This document shows, one piece after another, positions 28,413 through 37,461 of a DNA stretch of 55,934 nucleotides. The stretch is from Polyangiales bacterium (GTDB lineage Bacteria > Myxococcota_A > Polyangia > Polyangiales > Ga0077539), in assembly GCA_046351515.1 (NCBI GenBank), contig JAXLYJ010000005.1, forward strand, positions 434,892 to 490,825. Direction: 5' to 3'. The stretch's first letter is position 1. Every line of letters begins with the position of its first letter. Under the pieces are notes generated by a model. That model had not been told where the DNA came from, did no database searches, and worked only from the letters and a program-made list of their open reading frames with translations. The position numbers and the translations under genes were made by a program.

Positions 28413-29035
28413 ACAAGCCACGATTGAAGCGCAAAGCGTTCTGGGCGGACGCGCTCAACATCCCCAACGCGCTCACGATGGCGCGCATCGTCGCGATCCC
28501 CGCGGTGCTGCACTTCGTCGCGCTCGCAACGCCGCTGGGCGCGATGATCGCCGCGCACCTGTGGGGCGCGCTCTCGATCACGGATTTTCTCGACGGATAT
28601 CTCGCGCGCAAGATGGGCGTCGAGAGCGTGGTCGGAAAGTTTCTCGACCCGCTCGCGGACAAGCTGTTCGTGATGGCGCTGCTGGTCTATCTCGTTCCGA
28701 TGGGGAGAATCCCAGCGTGGATGGTGGTGGTGCTCGTCGCAAGAGAGATCACCATCACCGGGCTTCGCGCGATCGCTTCGTCCGAGGGGATCGTGATGGC
28801 GGCGCAGTCCGGCGGTAAGTGGAAGACCGCGATCCAGATGCTCGGGATCTTGTTCTTGATCATTCACTTCCCGCACAAAGCGATCCCGTTCTACGACAAG
28901 CCCGTGGACTTCAACGTCGTGGGGCAGTGGCTCATGCTGATCAGCGTGGGCCTCTCGCTCATGAGCTTCGTCGAGTACGGCAAGTTCTTCGCGGACGGAA
29001 TCGAAGCGCGCGAGCGCGCTGATCAAGCGGGCTGA
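28409..29035 (+). CDS. pgsA: CDP-diacylglycerol--glycerol-3-phosphate 3-phosphatidyltransferase (CDP-alcohol phosphatidyltransferase)
   Basis: Motif DFLDGYLARKMGVESVVGKFLDPLADK (D-G-x2-A-R…G…D-x3-D). Four to five TM helices. Internal ATG by residue counting. Upstream part of tracked ORF is Arg-rich. Confidence 0.9.
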   Translation: MNKPRLKRKAFWADALNIPNALTMARIVAIPAVLHFVALATPLGAMIAAHLWGALSITDFLDGYLARKMGVESVVGKFLDPLADKLFVMALLVYLVPMGRIPAWMVVVLVAREITITGLRAIASSEGIVMAAQSGGKWKTAIQMLGILFLIIHFPHKAIPFYDKPVDFNVVGQWLMLISVGLSLMSFVEYGKFFADGIEARERADQAG

Positions 29036-30735
29036 TCGCTCGGCGCCGAGAGCTTCACGACGAAGAGCGTCCCGCCGCCATCTCGCTCGCGCGGCTCGAC
29101 CGTGCCGTGATGCCCGTCGATGATCTGCCGAACAACCGCGAGCCCGAGCCCCGTCCCTCGCGCGTTTCCCTCGGAGTAGAACGACTCGAAGATCCGCTCG
29201 CGCGACTCGCGCGCCACGCCGGGACCGCGATCTGCCACGAAAATCGCAGGAGATCCGTCGTCCATCGCCGCCCACAAATCCACGGTCCCGCCCTCGTGCG
29301 AGACCTGCGAAGCGTTGCGAAACAAGTTCCACAACACTTGGAGCAGCAGCTGTCGGTCGGCCATCGCGACGATCGATTCCGCGCAGCGCTCTTCGTCGAG
29401 CGTGGCCGTCGCGCGGCTCGGCTCGTGCGCGGCGATCTCGACAAATTCGCGGAGCAGCGCGCGAAGATCCAGCGGCTTGAGCTCCGCTGCGCGCGGCCGC
29501 GCGAACGCGAGCATGTCGCCCACGAGCCGGTTGAGCCGCTGCGACTCGCGCAGCACCGTCCCGAGCAGCGCGCGGTCCTCGTCGCTCATCGAAGCGCCCT
29601 CGCGCACGAGCTCGACGCAGCCCGAGATCGCGCCCAGCGGGTTGCGGATCTCGTGCGCGAGCCCAGCGGCGAGTCGGCCGAGCACCGCGAGCTTCTCCGC
29701 GCGCTCGACCTGCGCGCGCAGGGCCGCGGACTGCGTGCGGTCCTCGAGCACGACGAGCTGTCCGCGCACCGAGTCGTTGGCGCGACGCAGCTTCGAGACG
29801 GACCACGCGAGCAGCCGAGCGTCGCTGTCGTCGCTCGCCCGAGCCTCGCCGTGCACCACCTCGTCGCTGCTCCACGCGCTCGGATCGATGAACGGCAACG
29901 CCTCGCTCGCTCGCTTTCCGAGCAGCGACGGAACGCCCATCCCCAACAACAACTCCACCTCCGGATTCGCCCCGTCGACGCGCCCGTCTGCATCCACCGT
30001 GAGCAGCCCCACAGGGATCGACCGCAGCACATCCTCGTGCAGCGCAGCGAGGTCCGCTCGCTGCTCTTCGAGCCTCGCCAGCGCGCCACCGGCTCGCTTC
30101 AGACGCTCGGCCAGCGCGCTTCCAAGCGAAGCAACCACGGGGATCGCCACGACGTGAGCGATCAACTGCAGCGCCAGCTCGTCGCGCGAGAGATCGACCT
30201 TCGTCATCGGCCACAGCGCGCGCGGCCATCGATTCAGGTACGCGATCGTGATCAGCCCGTACGCGATCGTCGAGGCGACCGCGGTCGAGCGTGACGCAGC
30301 GCCGCCCAACACCAGCGCGGCGCTGAGCGCAGGCAGCGCGACGAAGAAGCCAAGAGGAGAGATCGGCCCGCCCGTCACGACCGCGACCGCCACGTACGCC
30401 GACAGATCGATCACGATCTGCAGCCACGCGAGCAACTTCAGGTCGCTGCCTCGTCGCAGCCACGCTGCGTACGAGATCGAGCCGATGTACAGCGCGACGA
30501 TCGTCGCGAGCAGCGGCGTGTTGGGCGCGCCGGCCGAGCCGACGAGCACGACCGCGAGCAGGATCGTCACGACCACCAATCGCGCGAGCGTGAGGCGAAC
30601 GAGCCGCGAGCGGAGGCGCTCGTCGGAGCCAACGGTGCTCTCGGAGCGCGTCGCGAAGAGCTGCTCAGCGCGCGTCGTCTGCGTAGTCGTCAGCGCTGGA
30701 AGCCGCTTGGGCGGCGGGATCGTGGGGTGCGGCAT
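29023..30735 (-). CDS. Membrane sensor histidine kinase (multi-TM N-terminus, PAS, HisKA, HATPase_c). By position it is PilS-like.
   Basis: H-box LAAGLAHEIRNPLGAISG. N/G1/G2 boxes (LWNLFRNASQ…DRGPGV…GTGLGLAVV). Immediately downstream of pilC on the same strand, as in the Myxococcus pilB-pilT-pilC-pilS order. Confidence 0.8.
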   Translation of the reverse strand: MPHPTIPPPKRLPALTTTQTTRAEQLFATRSESTVGSDERLRSRLVRLTLARLVVVTILLAVVLVGSAGAPNTPLLATIVALYIGSISYAAWLRRGSDLKLLAWLQIVIDLSAYVAVAVVTGGPISPLGFFVALPALSAALVLGGAASRSTAVASTIAYGLITIAYLNRWPRALWPMTKVDLSRDELALQLIAHVVAIPVVASLGSALAERLKRAGGALARLEEQRADLAALHEDVLRSIPVGLLTVDADGRVDGANPEVELLLGMGVPSLLGKRASEALPFIDPSAWSSDEVVHGEARASDDSDARLLAWSVSKLRRANDSVRGQLVVLEDRTQSAALRAQVERAEKLAVLGRLAAGLAHEIRNPLGAISGCVELVREGASMSDEDRALLGTVLRESQRLNRLVGDMLAFARPRAAELKPLDLRALLREFVEIAAHEPSRATATLDEERCAESIVAMADRQLLLQVLWNLFRNASQVSHEGGTVDLWAAMDDGSPAIFVADRGPGVARESRERIFESFYSEGNARGTGLGLAVVRQIIDGHHGTVEPRERDGGGTLFVVKLSAPSDQPA

Positions 30736-30775
30736 GGCGTCGATCGAGGCTGGCCGCGCGCGAGAACGAGCGCGA

Positions 30776-32026
30776 TCAGCTCGCCTTCACCTTTCCTGCG
30801 ATTTCGAAGATCGGCAGGTACATCGCGATGAGGATGACGCCGCAGATGCCGCCGATGCCGACCATCATGATGGGCTCGAGCAGCGAGGTGAGGGCGGCGA
30901 CCGCGACGTCGACTTCTTCTTCGTAGAAGTCAGCGATCTTGTTGAGCATGGTGTCGAGCGCGCCGGTCTGCTCTCCGACGCCGATCATCTGCACGACCAT
31001 CGGAGGAAACGCCTTCGTCTCCATCAATGGCTCCGACAGGTTGCGACCCTCAGCGATGCGCGCGCGCGCGGTCTGAATGGCCTTCTCGATCACCACGTTG
31101 CCGGCGCTCGCCGCGACGATGTCGAGCGCGTCGAGGATCGGAACGCCCGAGGACAGCAGCGTCCCGAGCGTGCGCGTGAAGCGCGCGACGGCGATCTTGC
31201 GCATCACCGGCCCGATCAGCGGCATCTCGAGCAGCGCGCGGTGCACGAGCTCTTTGCCCGCGGGCTGTCGATACGCCCACGAAGCGCCAGCGCTCGTTCC
31301 GATGATCGCGATCAGCATGAAGGGAAACCACCGGATGAACCCCTTCGAGATGCTGATCACGAGCTTCGTCAGGCCTGGCATATCGTCGGCTGCGCCGAAG
31401 TCCGCGAACATCTGCGAGAACGTCGGGATCACCCACGTCATCAACACGGCGATGACGATGAACGAGATGCCCACGATCGCCGACGGATACACGAGCGCGC
31501 CGCGCACCTGCCGCGCGAGCTTGACGTTCTTCTCGATGTAGATCGCGAGGCGATTGAGGATCGTGTCGAGAATACCGCCGATTTCGCCGGCCTTGACGAG
31601 GTTGCAGTACAGGTGATCGAACACCTTGGGGTGCTTCGCGAGCGACTCGCTGAAGTTGCGCCCCTGCTCGACGCTGTTCTTCACGTCGCGGAGGATGTTC
31701 GCGAAGAACGGGTTGTCGTTCTGGTTGGCGAGGATGTCCAAGCACTGAACGAGCGGCAGACCCGCGTCGATCATCGTCGAGAACTGCCGGGTGAAGATCA
31801 CGAGGTCCTTCGGCGTGACGCCCTGACCGATCGTGATGTTGATCTCGCGCGGCTTCTTCTTGATCTTCACCACCGCGAGCTGCTGCGAGCGAAGCCAGTT
31901 CGAGACGGCGTCCTCGTTCTCCGCTTCTCGCACGCCACGACGGAGCTCGCCGTTGCGGTTCTTCGCCTCGTACACAAACTCGGGCATCGCCCGAATATCG
32001 TACGGACTCGCGCGGGGCGCGGTCAA
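30776..32026 (-). CDS. pilC: Type IV pilus platform protein PilC (GspF family). Alternative start MPEFVYEAK… at 31987.
   Basis: Two GspF repeats. Conserved …LSSGVPILDAL…, …EQTGALD…. Three TM segments. Confidence 0.9.
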   Translation of the reverse strand: MTAPRASPYDIRAMPEFVYEAKNRNGELRRGVREAENEDAVSNWLRSQQLAVVKIKKKPREINITIGQGVTPKDLVIFTRQFSTMIDAGLPLVQCLDILANQNDNPFFANILRDVKNSVEQGRNFSESLAKHPKVFDHLYCNLVKAGEIGGILDTILNRLAIYIEKNVKLARQVRGALVYPSAIVGISFIVIAVLMTWVIPTFSQMFADFGAADDMPGLTKLVISISKGFIRWFPFMLIAIIGTSAGASWAYRQPAGKELVHRALLEMPLIGPVMRKIAVARFTRTLGTLLSSGVPILDALDIVAASAGNVVIEKAIQTARARIAEGRNLSEPLMETKAFPPMVVQMIGVGEQTGALDTMLNKIADFYEEEVDVAVAALTSLLEPIMMVGIGGICGVILIAMYLPIFEIAGKVKAS

Positions 32027-32080
32027 AATCTCCAGGCGCTTCGCGCCGTAGATTTGCGGCGACAGGCCCCCACAGCGCGC

Positions 32081-33205
32081 TCAGCGCGTGCGCTGGTGCC
32101 CCGGAATCTGCGCAGAACCCTGCTCGATCAGCATCCGAAGCTCGTCGACGTCCGACGATCGCCCCAGCGCTTCTTCGTACGAAATCAGCCGCCGCAAGTA
32201 CAAGTGCGCCAGCGATTGATTGAGCGTCTGCATCCCGGTGCCCGCCTGACCGGTCTGCATGATCGAGTACATCTGGTGGATCTTGTCCTCGCGGATGAGG
32301 TTTCGGATCGCGGCGTTGGGCACCATGATCTCGAGCGCGAGCACGCGACCGGGCGCCCCCATCCGCGGCAACAAGAGCTGCGTCACGACGCCCGAGAGCA
32401 CAAACGAGAGCTGCGCCCGGATCTGCGGCTGCTGGTGCGCGGGAAACACGTCCACCACGCGGTTGATCGACTGCACTGCGGAGTTGGTGTGCAGCGTGGC
32501 GAACACGAGGTGGCCCGTCTCAGCGATGGTGAGCGCGGCCTCCATCGTCTCGAGGTCGCGCATCTCGCCGACGAGCACGACGTCGGGGTCTTGGCGCAGC
32601 ACGTACTTCAGCGCGTCTTTGAACGAGTGCGTGTCGGTCCCGACCTCGCGCTGGTTGACCAGCGAGAGCTTGTGCGGGTGCAGGTACTCGATCGGGTCTT
32701 CGACGGTGATGATGTGCTGCCGAGTCTCGTTGTTGATCTTGTCGATCACCGCGGCGAGGGTGGTGCTCTTGCCCGAACCCGTGGGGCCGGTAATCAAGAT
32801 GAGCCCGCGCGGACGGGAGGCGAGCTCGGCGATCACCGGCGGAAGTCCGAGCTCTTCGAACGTGAGCACCTTGAAGGGGATCGCGCGAAACGCTCCGGCG
32901 ACGGCGCCGCGCTGCATGAAGATGTTCGCTCGAAAACGCGCGAGGTTCTTCACGCCGAACGACAGGTCGAGCTCCCACTTTCGCTCGAACTCCGCGCGCT
33001 GCTCCTCGGTGAGCACCGAGTAGCACAGCCGCTGCGTGTCCTCGAAATTGAGCGGCGGAACCTTCAGTGGAACGAGCGAGTCGTCGATGCGCAGCTGCGG
33101 AGGCGACCCCGTGGTGATGTGAAGGTCCGATGCACCCTTCTCGATCATCGCCTTGAGCAGCATGTGCAGGTTGATCTGCTGCGCTTCGCCTCCGGTCACG
33201 GACAT
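32081..33205 (-). CDS. pilT: Twitching-motility (retraction) ATPase PilT
   Basis: Walker A GPTGSGKSTT, Asp box, Walker B VLVGEMRD, His box TLHTNSA. Internal ATG (MSVTGG…) with a GGAGG-like RBS read upstream. Confidence 0.93.
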   Translation of the reverse strand: MSVTGGEAQQINLHMLLKAMIEKGASDLHITTGSPPQLRIDDSLVPLKVPPLNFEDTQRLCYSVLTEEQRAEFERKWELDLSFGVKNLARFRANIFMQRGAVAGAFRAIPFKVLTFEELGLPPVIAELASRPRGLILITGPTGSGKSTTLAAVIDKINNETRQHIITVEDPIEYLHPHKLSLVNQREVGTDTHSFKDALKYVLRQDPDVVLVGEMRDLETMEAALTIAETGHLVFATLHTNSAVQSINRVVDVFPAHQQPQIRAQLSFVLSGVVTQLLLPRMGAPGRVLALEIMVPNAAIRNLIREDKIHQMYSIMQTGQAGTGMQTLNQSLAHLYLRRLISYEEALGRSSDVDELRMLIEQGSAQIPGHQRTR

Positions 33206-33230
33206 CGCATTCCTCCAGTTGAGCTGATCG

Positions 33231-34988
33231 TCACACGATTCCCGCGGCGGCGAGCACGCGAGGATCATCGGGCGCCGTGGTGCGCGTGATCTCTTCGACC
33301 GTCGTGGTGCCTTCGAGGATCTTTCGGATGCCCGACATGCGCAGCGTGCGAACGCCCTCGCGAATCATCGCGCCCTTGAGCTCTGCCGCGCTGACGCCCT
33401 GGAGCACCTGCTCCTTGAGCGCCTCGTTGAAGGGCATCACCTCGTAGAGCGCGATGCGGCCCTTGTAGCCCTTGTCTCCGCAGGTCTTGCAGCCGCGACC
33501 CTTGTAGACCTTCGACGTCTTCGCTTGCTCGGTGCTGAACCCGAGCTCGCGCAGCACTTCGAAGGGAACCTTCGTCTCTTCTTTGCAGTCGTTGCAGATC
33601 TTGCGAGCGAGGCGCTGCGCGAGGATCAGGTTCACCGACGCGGTCACGAGGAAGGGCTCGACGCCCATGTTGAGCAAGCGCGAGATCGTCGCGGGCGCGT
33701 CGTTGGTGTGCAGCGTCGAGAGCACGAGGTGACCCGTGAGCGCGGCTTTGACCGCGATCTCAGCGGTCTCGAAGTCGCGGATCTCGCCCACCATGATGAT
33801 GTCGGGGTCCTGACGAAGAAACGAGCGCAGCGCCGCAGCGAAGTTGAGCCCGATGTCGTCCTTCATCTGCACCTGGTTGATGCCCTGGAGGTTGAACTCG
33901 ACGGGGTCTTCGGCGGTGCTGATGTTCTCGGTGACCTTGTTGAGCTCGCTGAGCGCGGAGTAGAGCGTCGTGGTCTTTCCGGATCCCGTGGGGCCCGTCA
34001 CGAGCACCATGCCGAACGGCAGGTGAATCGCCTTCATGAAGTGATCGAGCTGATCGCGCTCGAAGCCGAGCTTGGTCATGTCGAGCTGCAGGTTCGACTT
34101 GTCGAGCAGACGAAGAACGGTCTTCTCGCCCCACAGCGTCGGCAGAACGCTCACGCGAAAGTCCATCTCCCGTCCCTGCGGGAGCTTGAGCTTGATGCGT
34201 CCGTCCTGCGGCAGTCGTCGCTCGGCGATGTCGAGCTGCGACATGATCTTCATGCGCGAGATCACCGCGTTCTTCATCTTCAGCGGGATCTGCATCTCTT
34301 CGTGCATCACGCCGTCGATGCGGTAGCGCACGCGCATCGATTTCTCGTAGCACTCGATGTGAATGTCGCTGGCCTTCTTCTCGATGGCCTTGAGCAAGAT
34401 GCCGTTGCACAGGCGCACGACCGGCGCGTCTTCGCTCGCGCGCTCGAGCTCGAGGACGTTGTTCGAGTCCTCCTCGGCGTCGACCACGTCGACGTCCTCG
34501 GTGCCGAGGTCGCCGAAGAGCGAGTCGACGTCGAAGGGCTTCTCCGCCCACAGGCGCTGGATCGTCTCGAGCAGCGCGTTTTCGCTCGCGACGACGGGCT
34601 CGACCGCGTACCGCGTGAGCGCGCGAATGTCGTCGATCGCGTGGAGGTTGGTCGGGTCCGCCATCGCGAGGATCAGCGAGTTGCCCGCGCGCGAGATCGG
34701 CAGCACGCGATAGCGCTCGCAGATCTCTTTGGGGACGAGCTTGACGACCTCGAGCTCGAACTCGACCGCGTTCAAGTCCACCGCGGGCACGCGGTACTGC
34801 TGCGAGAGGAAGTTGGTGATCTCGTTGTCCGAGAGCACCCCCATCTTCGAGAGTGTGTACCCGAGGTTCTGCCCGGTTTTTCGCTGCTCGTCTTGCGCTG
34901 CTCGCAGTTGTTGAAGCGAGATCAAGCGCTCGCGCACGAGCAGTTCACCCAGACGATTGCCCGCTCCGCCACCGCCGCCTGTCGTCAT
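33231..34988 (-). CDS. pilB: Type IV pilus assembly (extension) ATPase PilB
   Basis: N-terminal GSPII_E_N-like region, Walker A GPTGSGKTTT, Walker B IMVGEIRD, His box TLHTNDA, C-terminal tetra-Cys CNDC…CKTCGDKGYKGR. Start at internal ATG (MTTGGGGG…) by residue counting. Confidence 0.93.
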   Translation of the reverse strand: MTTGGGGGAGNRLGELLVRERLISLQQLRAAQDEQRKTGQNLGYTLSKMGVLSDNEITNFLSQQYRVPAVDLNAVEFELEVVKLVPKEICERYRVLPISRAGNSLILAMADPTNLHAIDDIRALTRYAVEPVVASENALLETIQRLWAEKPFDVDSLFGDLGTEDVDVVDAEEDSNNVLELERASEDAPVVRLCNGILLKAIEKKASDIHIECYEKSMRVRYRIDGVMHEEMQIPLKMKNAVISRMKIMSQLDIAERRLPQDGRIKLKLPQGREMDFRVSVLPTLWGEKTVLRLLDKSNLQLDMTKLGFERDQLDHFMKAIHLPFGMVLVTGPTGSGKTTTLYSALSELNKVTENISTAEDPVEFNLQGINQVQMKDDIGLNFAAALRSFLRQDPDIIMVGEIRDFETAEIAVKAALTGHLVLSTLHTNDAPATISRLLNMGVEPFLVTASVNLILAQRLARKICNDCKEETKVPFEVLRELGFSTEQAKTSKVYKGRGCKTCGDKGYKGRIALYEVMPFNEALKEQVLQGVSAAELKGAMIREGVRTLRMSGIRKILEGTTTVEEITRTTAPDDPRVLAAAGIV

Positions 34989-35094
34989 CTTGTCGCATTT
35001 CCTCGAAGTCGAAGTGCGTCTGCATCGCGTCGTCGGATCGCCGCGCGCGCAGCGGCGCACAGTTCAATCCGAGAGCGTGTTATCTGTACCATGC

Positions 35095-36246
35095 ATGAGC
35101 GGCTTCTGGTCCAAGCTCTTTCGCTCGCGCTCCGAGGCGGAGGCCGAGCGCGCCGAGGTCGAAGGGCGCTTCGATGACGCGGCGCGGTTGTATGTCGAAG
35201 CAGGACAGCGGGACGAGGCGTTTCGCGTGCTCATTCAAGCGGCTGAGGGCGCCGAGAGCCTGAGCCGACGCAGGGACTTTCTCGCGCGCGCCATCACCGT
35301 CGCGCGCACCGAAGCGCAGCGCGACGTCGCCCGCGGCTCGCTCGCGAGGGTCATCGTCGCCGAGTACGAAGCGCGCCCGCCCAACACCGACGACGACCGA
35401 GCGCGGCTCTTCGAAGCGGCGGGCGACCTGGAAAAATCCGGACAATTTCGCGAAGCCGCGACCGCGTTCAAGGTGCTCGGCGAGCGCGAGAGCATGGAGC
35501 GCTGCCTCGTGTCCGCGGGCGACATCGAGGGCTTCGAGCGCGAGGCGTCCGAGGCGCAATCGCAAGATCGCCAGCGATTGCGAAGGCGAAACGCGTTCGA
35601 ATCGTTCGAAGAGTTCTGGGCGACCGGCGAGCGCGAGGGCGCGCTCAACACGATGGACGCTTGGGTCCGCGAACACACCGAGGACCACGAGGCCCGCGCG
35701 CTCGCCGACGAACGTCGCGCGACGCTCGTCGATCGAGCGCGCTTCGAGGCGAAGCTCGACGGAGTGTTGCTCGCCGTCGTGGGGACGATTCCCTGCGCGA
35801 TCGGGCGCGAAGCCGACGTCACCGTGCGCGGCGCCGGCGTCTCGCGCGAGCACTGCGTGGTCGAGCGCGGCCTCGGCTCGCTGCAGCTTCGAGACAACGG
35901 ATCACGCAACGGGACCACGCTGCGCGGGCTCGCGATGTCGGGCCCCGTCGCGTTCGAAGAGGGCGCGCAGTTCGGGCTCGGGCCCGATCTCGTGCTCGAG
36001 GTGCAGACGTTTCACGGAGCTCCGTCGCTCGTCGTCGCGCGCGGAATGGACCGAGGAAAGCGCATCGTCTTCGTCACCGAGCGGTGGAAGAGCCCCGTCG
36101 GCACGATCGAGTTTCGCAACGGTCGCGCGGTGCTCACCCCGGACGGCGCGGTGAAGCTCACCGGACAGCGCGTGGTCGCGCCGATCGTGCTCGCGCGCGG
36201 TGACCGCGTCGACGGCGCGGCGAGCTCGCTCGAGATCCTTCGCTAG
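35095..36246 (+). CDS. FHA-domain protein (helical N-terminal region plus C-terminal FHA), divergent from pilB
   Basis: FHA core AIGREADVTVRGAGVSREHCVVER…LRDNGSRNGTTL. Start MSGFWSKLF by residue counting. The stop TAG coincides with the IS630 TA target. Confidence 0.75.
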   Translation: MSGFWSKLFRSRSEAEAERAEVEGRFDDAARLYVEAGQRDEAFRVLIQAAEGAESLSRRRDFLARAITVARTEAQRDVARGSLARVIVAEYEARPPNTDDDRARLFEAAGDLEKSGQFREAATAFKVLGERESMERCLVSAGDIEGFEREASEAQSQDRQRLRRRNAFESFEEFWATGEREGALNTMDAWVREHTEDHEARALADERRATLVDRARFEAKLDGVLLAVVGTIPCAIGREADVTVRGAGVSREHCVVERGLGSLQLRDNGSRNGTTLRGLAMSGPVAFEEGAQFGLGPDLVLEVQTFHGAPSLVVARGMDRGKRIVFVTERWKSPVGTIEFRNGRAVLTPDGAVKLTGQRVVAPIVLARGDRVDGAASSLEILR

Positions 36247-37061
36247 TGCCGCCCGTCAGCGGCGGGGGCAGGTTTCGTCGGCCAAGACTTCGGGCGGTAG
36301 GTCCACTCGAACGCCTCGGCGTGTTCGTCGCACCAGAGCATGTAGTCCAGCACGGCATCCTTGAGCGCGTCGCGTGTGGCGAACGAGCCGCGCCGAATGA
36401 CTCGCGCCTGGAGCTGTCCGAACCAGCACTCGATCTGGTTGAGCCACGACGCGTGCTTTGGTGTGAAGTGCCGCTGCCAGCGCGGGTGCTCTTCGAACCA
36501 CGCGTCGATCTCGTCGGTGTCGTGCGCTGACAGGTTGTCCATCACGATGTGGCCGCGGCCATCGGGATACACTGCGGCGATCAGGTTCAGCAGGTCGAGG
36601 AACGTGTACTCGTTGTGCTCCTCGCACACGAAGCCGAACACCTTGCCGCTGCGTACGTCGAACGCGCCGTGCAGCACGAGTGTGCCGTGCCGGATGTACT
36701 CCCATTCACGGCGCACGGGCTGCCCGGGCCCCATCGGCACGTCGGTGTAGCGGCGCTCGAGCGCCTGCATCATCGTCTTCTCATCCACGCAGACGACATG
36801 CTCATCGTCCGGTGTGTCGTAGTAGACGCGCAGCACGTCGTCGCGCTTCGCACGGAACTCGTCGTCCTGCGACGTCAGCCACATCTTCTGACGGTGTGGC
36901 TTCAGTGCCGCCGCAGCGAGGATGCGTTGCACACTACGCGCGCTTACGCATACGCCGACGGCAGCCATGTGCTCGGCGAGCAATGCGCCCGACCAGTGCG
37001 TGACAGGAAGGCCTACGTCGCGCGGCAGTTGGCATGCAGCGGCGACGATCTGCGCGCACAC
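36243..37061 (-). CDS. IS630-family transposase DDE catalytic part (orfB). Probably fused to orfA by frameshifting, or else a frameshifted pseudogene.
   Basis: DDE motifs HVVCVDEK…, MDNLSAHDT…, SWLNQIECWF (Tc1/mariner-like DD34E). No plausible own start; the tracked M is a GTG inside the overlap. Confidence 0.8.
   Translation of the reverse strand: MCAQIVAAACQLPRDVGLPVTHWSGALLAEHMAAVGVCVSARSVQRILAAAALKPHRQKMWLTSQDDEFRAKRDDVLRVYYDTPDDEHVVCVDEKTMMQALERRYTDVPMGPGQPVRREWEYIRHGTLVLHGAFDVRSGKVFGFVCEEHNEYTFLDLLNLIAAVYPDGRGHIVMDNLSAHDTDEIDAWFEEHPRWQRHFTPKHASWLNQIECWFGQLQARVIRRGSFATRDALKDAVLDYMLWCDEHAEAFEWTYRPKSWPTKPAPAADGRH
36246..36278. repeat. IS630 left terminal inverted repeat (33 bp). Exact position plus or minus 1-2 nt.
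   Basis: Exact reverse complement of 37401..37433 as read from the sequence. Anchored by the ctag at 36243-36246. Confidence 0.8.
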
Positions 37062-37378
37062 TGCGCTCGAAAGAGAGAGCGCGGCCGCCGCGGCGGGGCG
37101 GCGTCCGTGAGCAGGGCGAGCGGGTCAGCGTCCGTTCGAACGCGATGTCGCCAGTCCTCGATCGTTCGCACATGGACGCCGACGAGTTGTGCGACGTCGG
37201 GACCACAAACGCCGTCGGCGAGGAGCACGAGCGCCTGCGCGCGCCGCGCGACCCGCTGTTCGAGGGTGCGCAGCCGAAGCAGCGCTTCACAGTGCGCGCG
37301 CTGCTCGGGCGTAAGCGCGAGCGGGATCGTCTTGCGACCGGGATGCGCGCGGCCGACGAAAGGCGTGGAGTCGATCAC
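37013..37378 (-). CDS. IS630-family transposase N-terminal HTH part (orfA)
   Basis: HTH-containing 121 aa (…LTPEQRAHCEALLRLRTLEQRVARRAQALVLLADGVCGPDVAQLVGVHVRTIEDWRHR…). Overlaps orfB by about 49 nt in another frame. Confidence 0.8.
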   Translation of the reverse strand: MIDSTPFVGRAHPGRKTIPLALTPEQRAHCEALLRLRTLEQRVARRAQALVLLADGVCGPDVAQLVGVHVRTIEDWRHRVRTDADPLALLTDAAPPRRPRSLFRAQCARRSSPLHANCRAT

Positions 37379-37400
37379 GGCCTGTCATACGACGGGGTTT

Positions 37401-37433
37401 ACGAAACCTGCCCCCGCCGCTGACGGGCGGCAC
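37401..37433. repeat. IS630 right terminal inverted repeat (33 bp)
   Basis: acgaaacctgcccccgccgctgacgggcggcac followed by the TA (37434-37435). Confidence 0.8.
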
Positions 37434-37461
37434 TAGCGCCCGCCACGTCGCATCGTCTCGC

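Larger units (their letters stand above)
36244..37435 (-). mobile_element. IS630-family insertion sequence (about 1.19 kb) with perfect 33-bp terminal inverted repeats and a duplicated TA target
   Basis: Left IR gtgccgcccgtcagcggcgggggcaggtttcgt (about 36246..36278) is the exact reverse complement of about 37401..37433. TA on each flank. Ends are anchored to two tracked stop codons (36244-36246 and 37434-37436). Encodes HTH orfA plus DDE orfB. Confidence 0.9.

Noticed and set aside
28151-30463. 770-aa minus-strand ORF
   Set aside because: Runs through pgsA (antisense) and the kinase gene in a wrong frame. Arg-rich.
30248-33289. 1013-aa plus-strand ORF
   Set aside because: Antisense to the PilS-like kinase, pilC and pilT. 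Arg-rich and low-complexity.
33525-35177. 550-aa plus-strand ORF
   Set aside because: Antisense to pilB, which has unmistakable ATPase motifs on the other strand.
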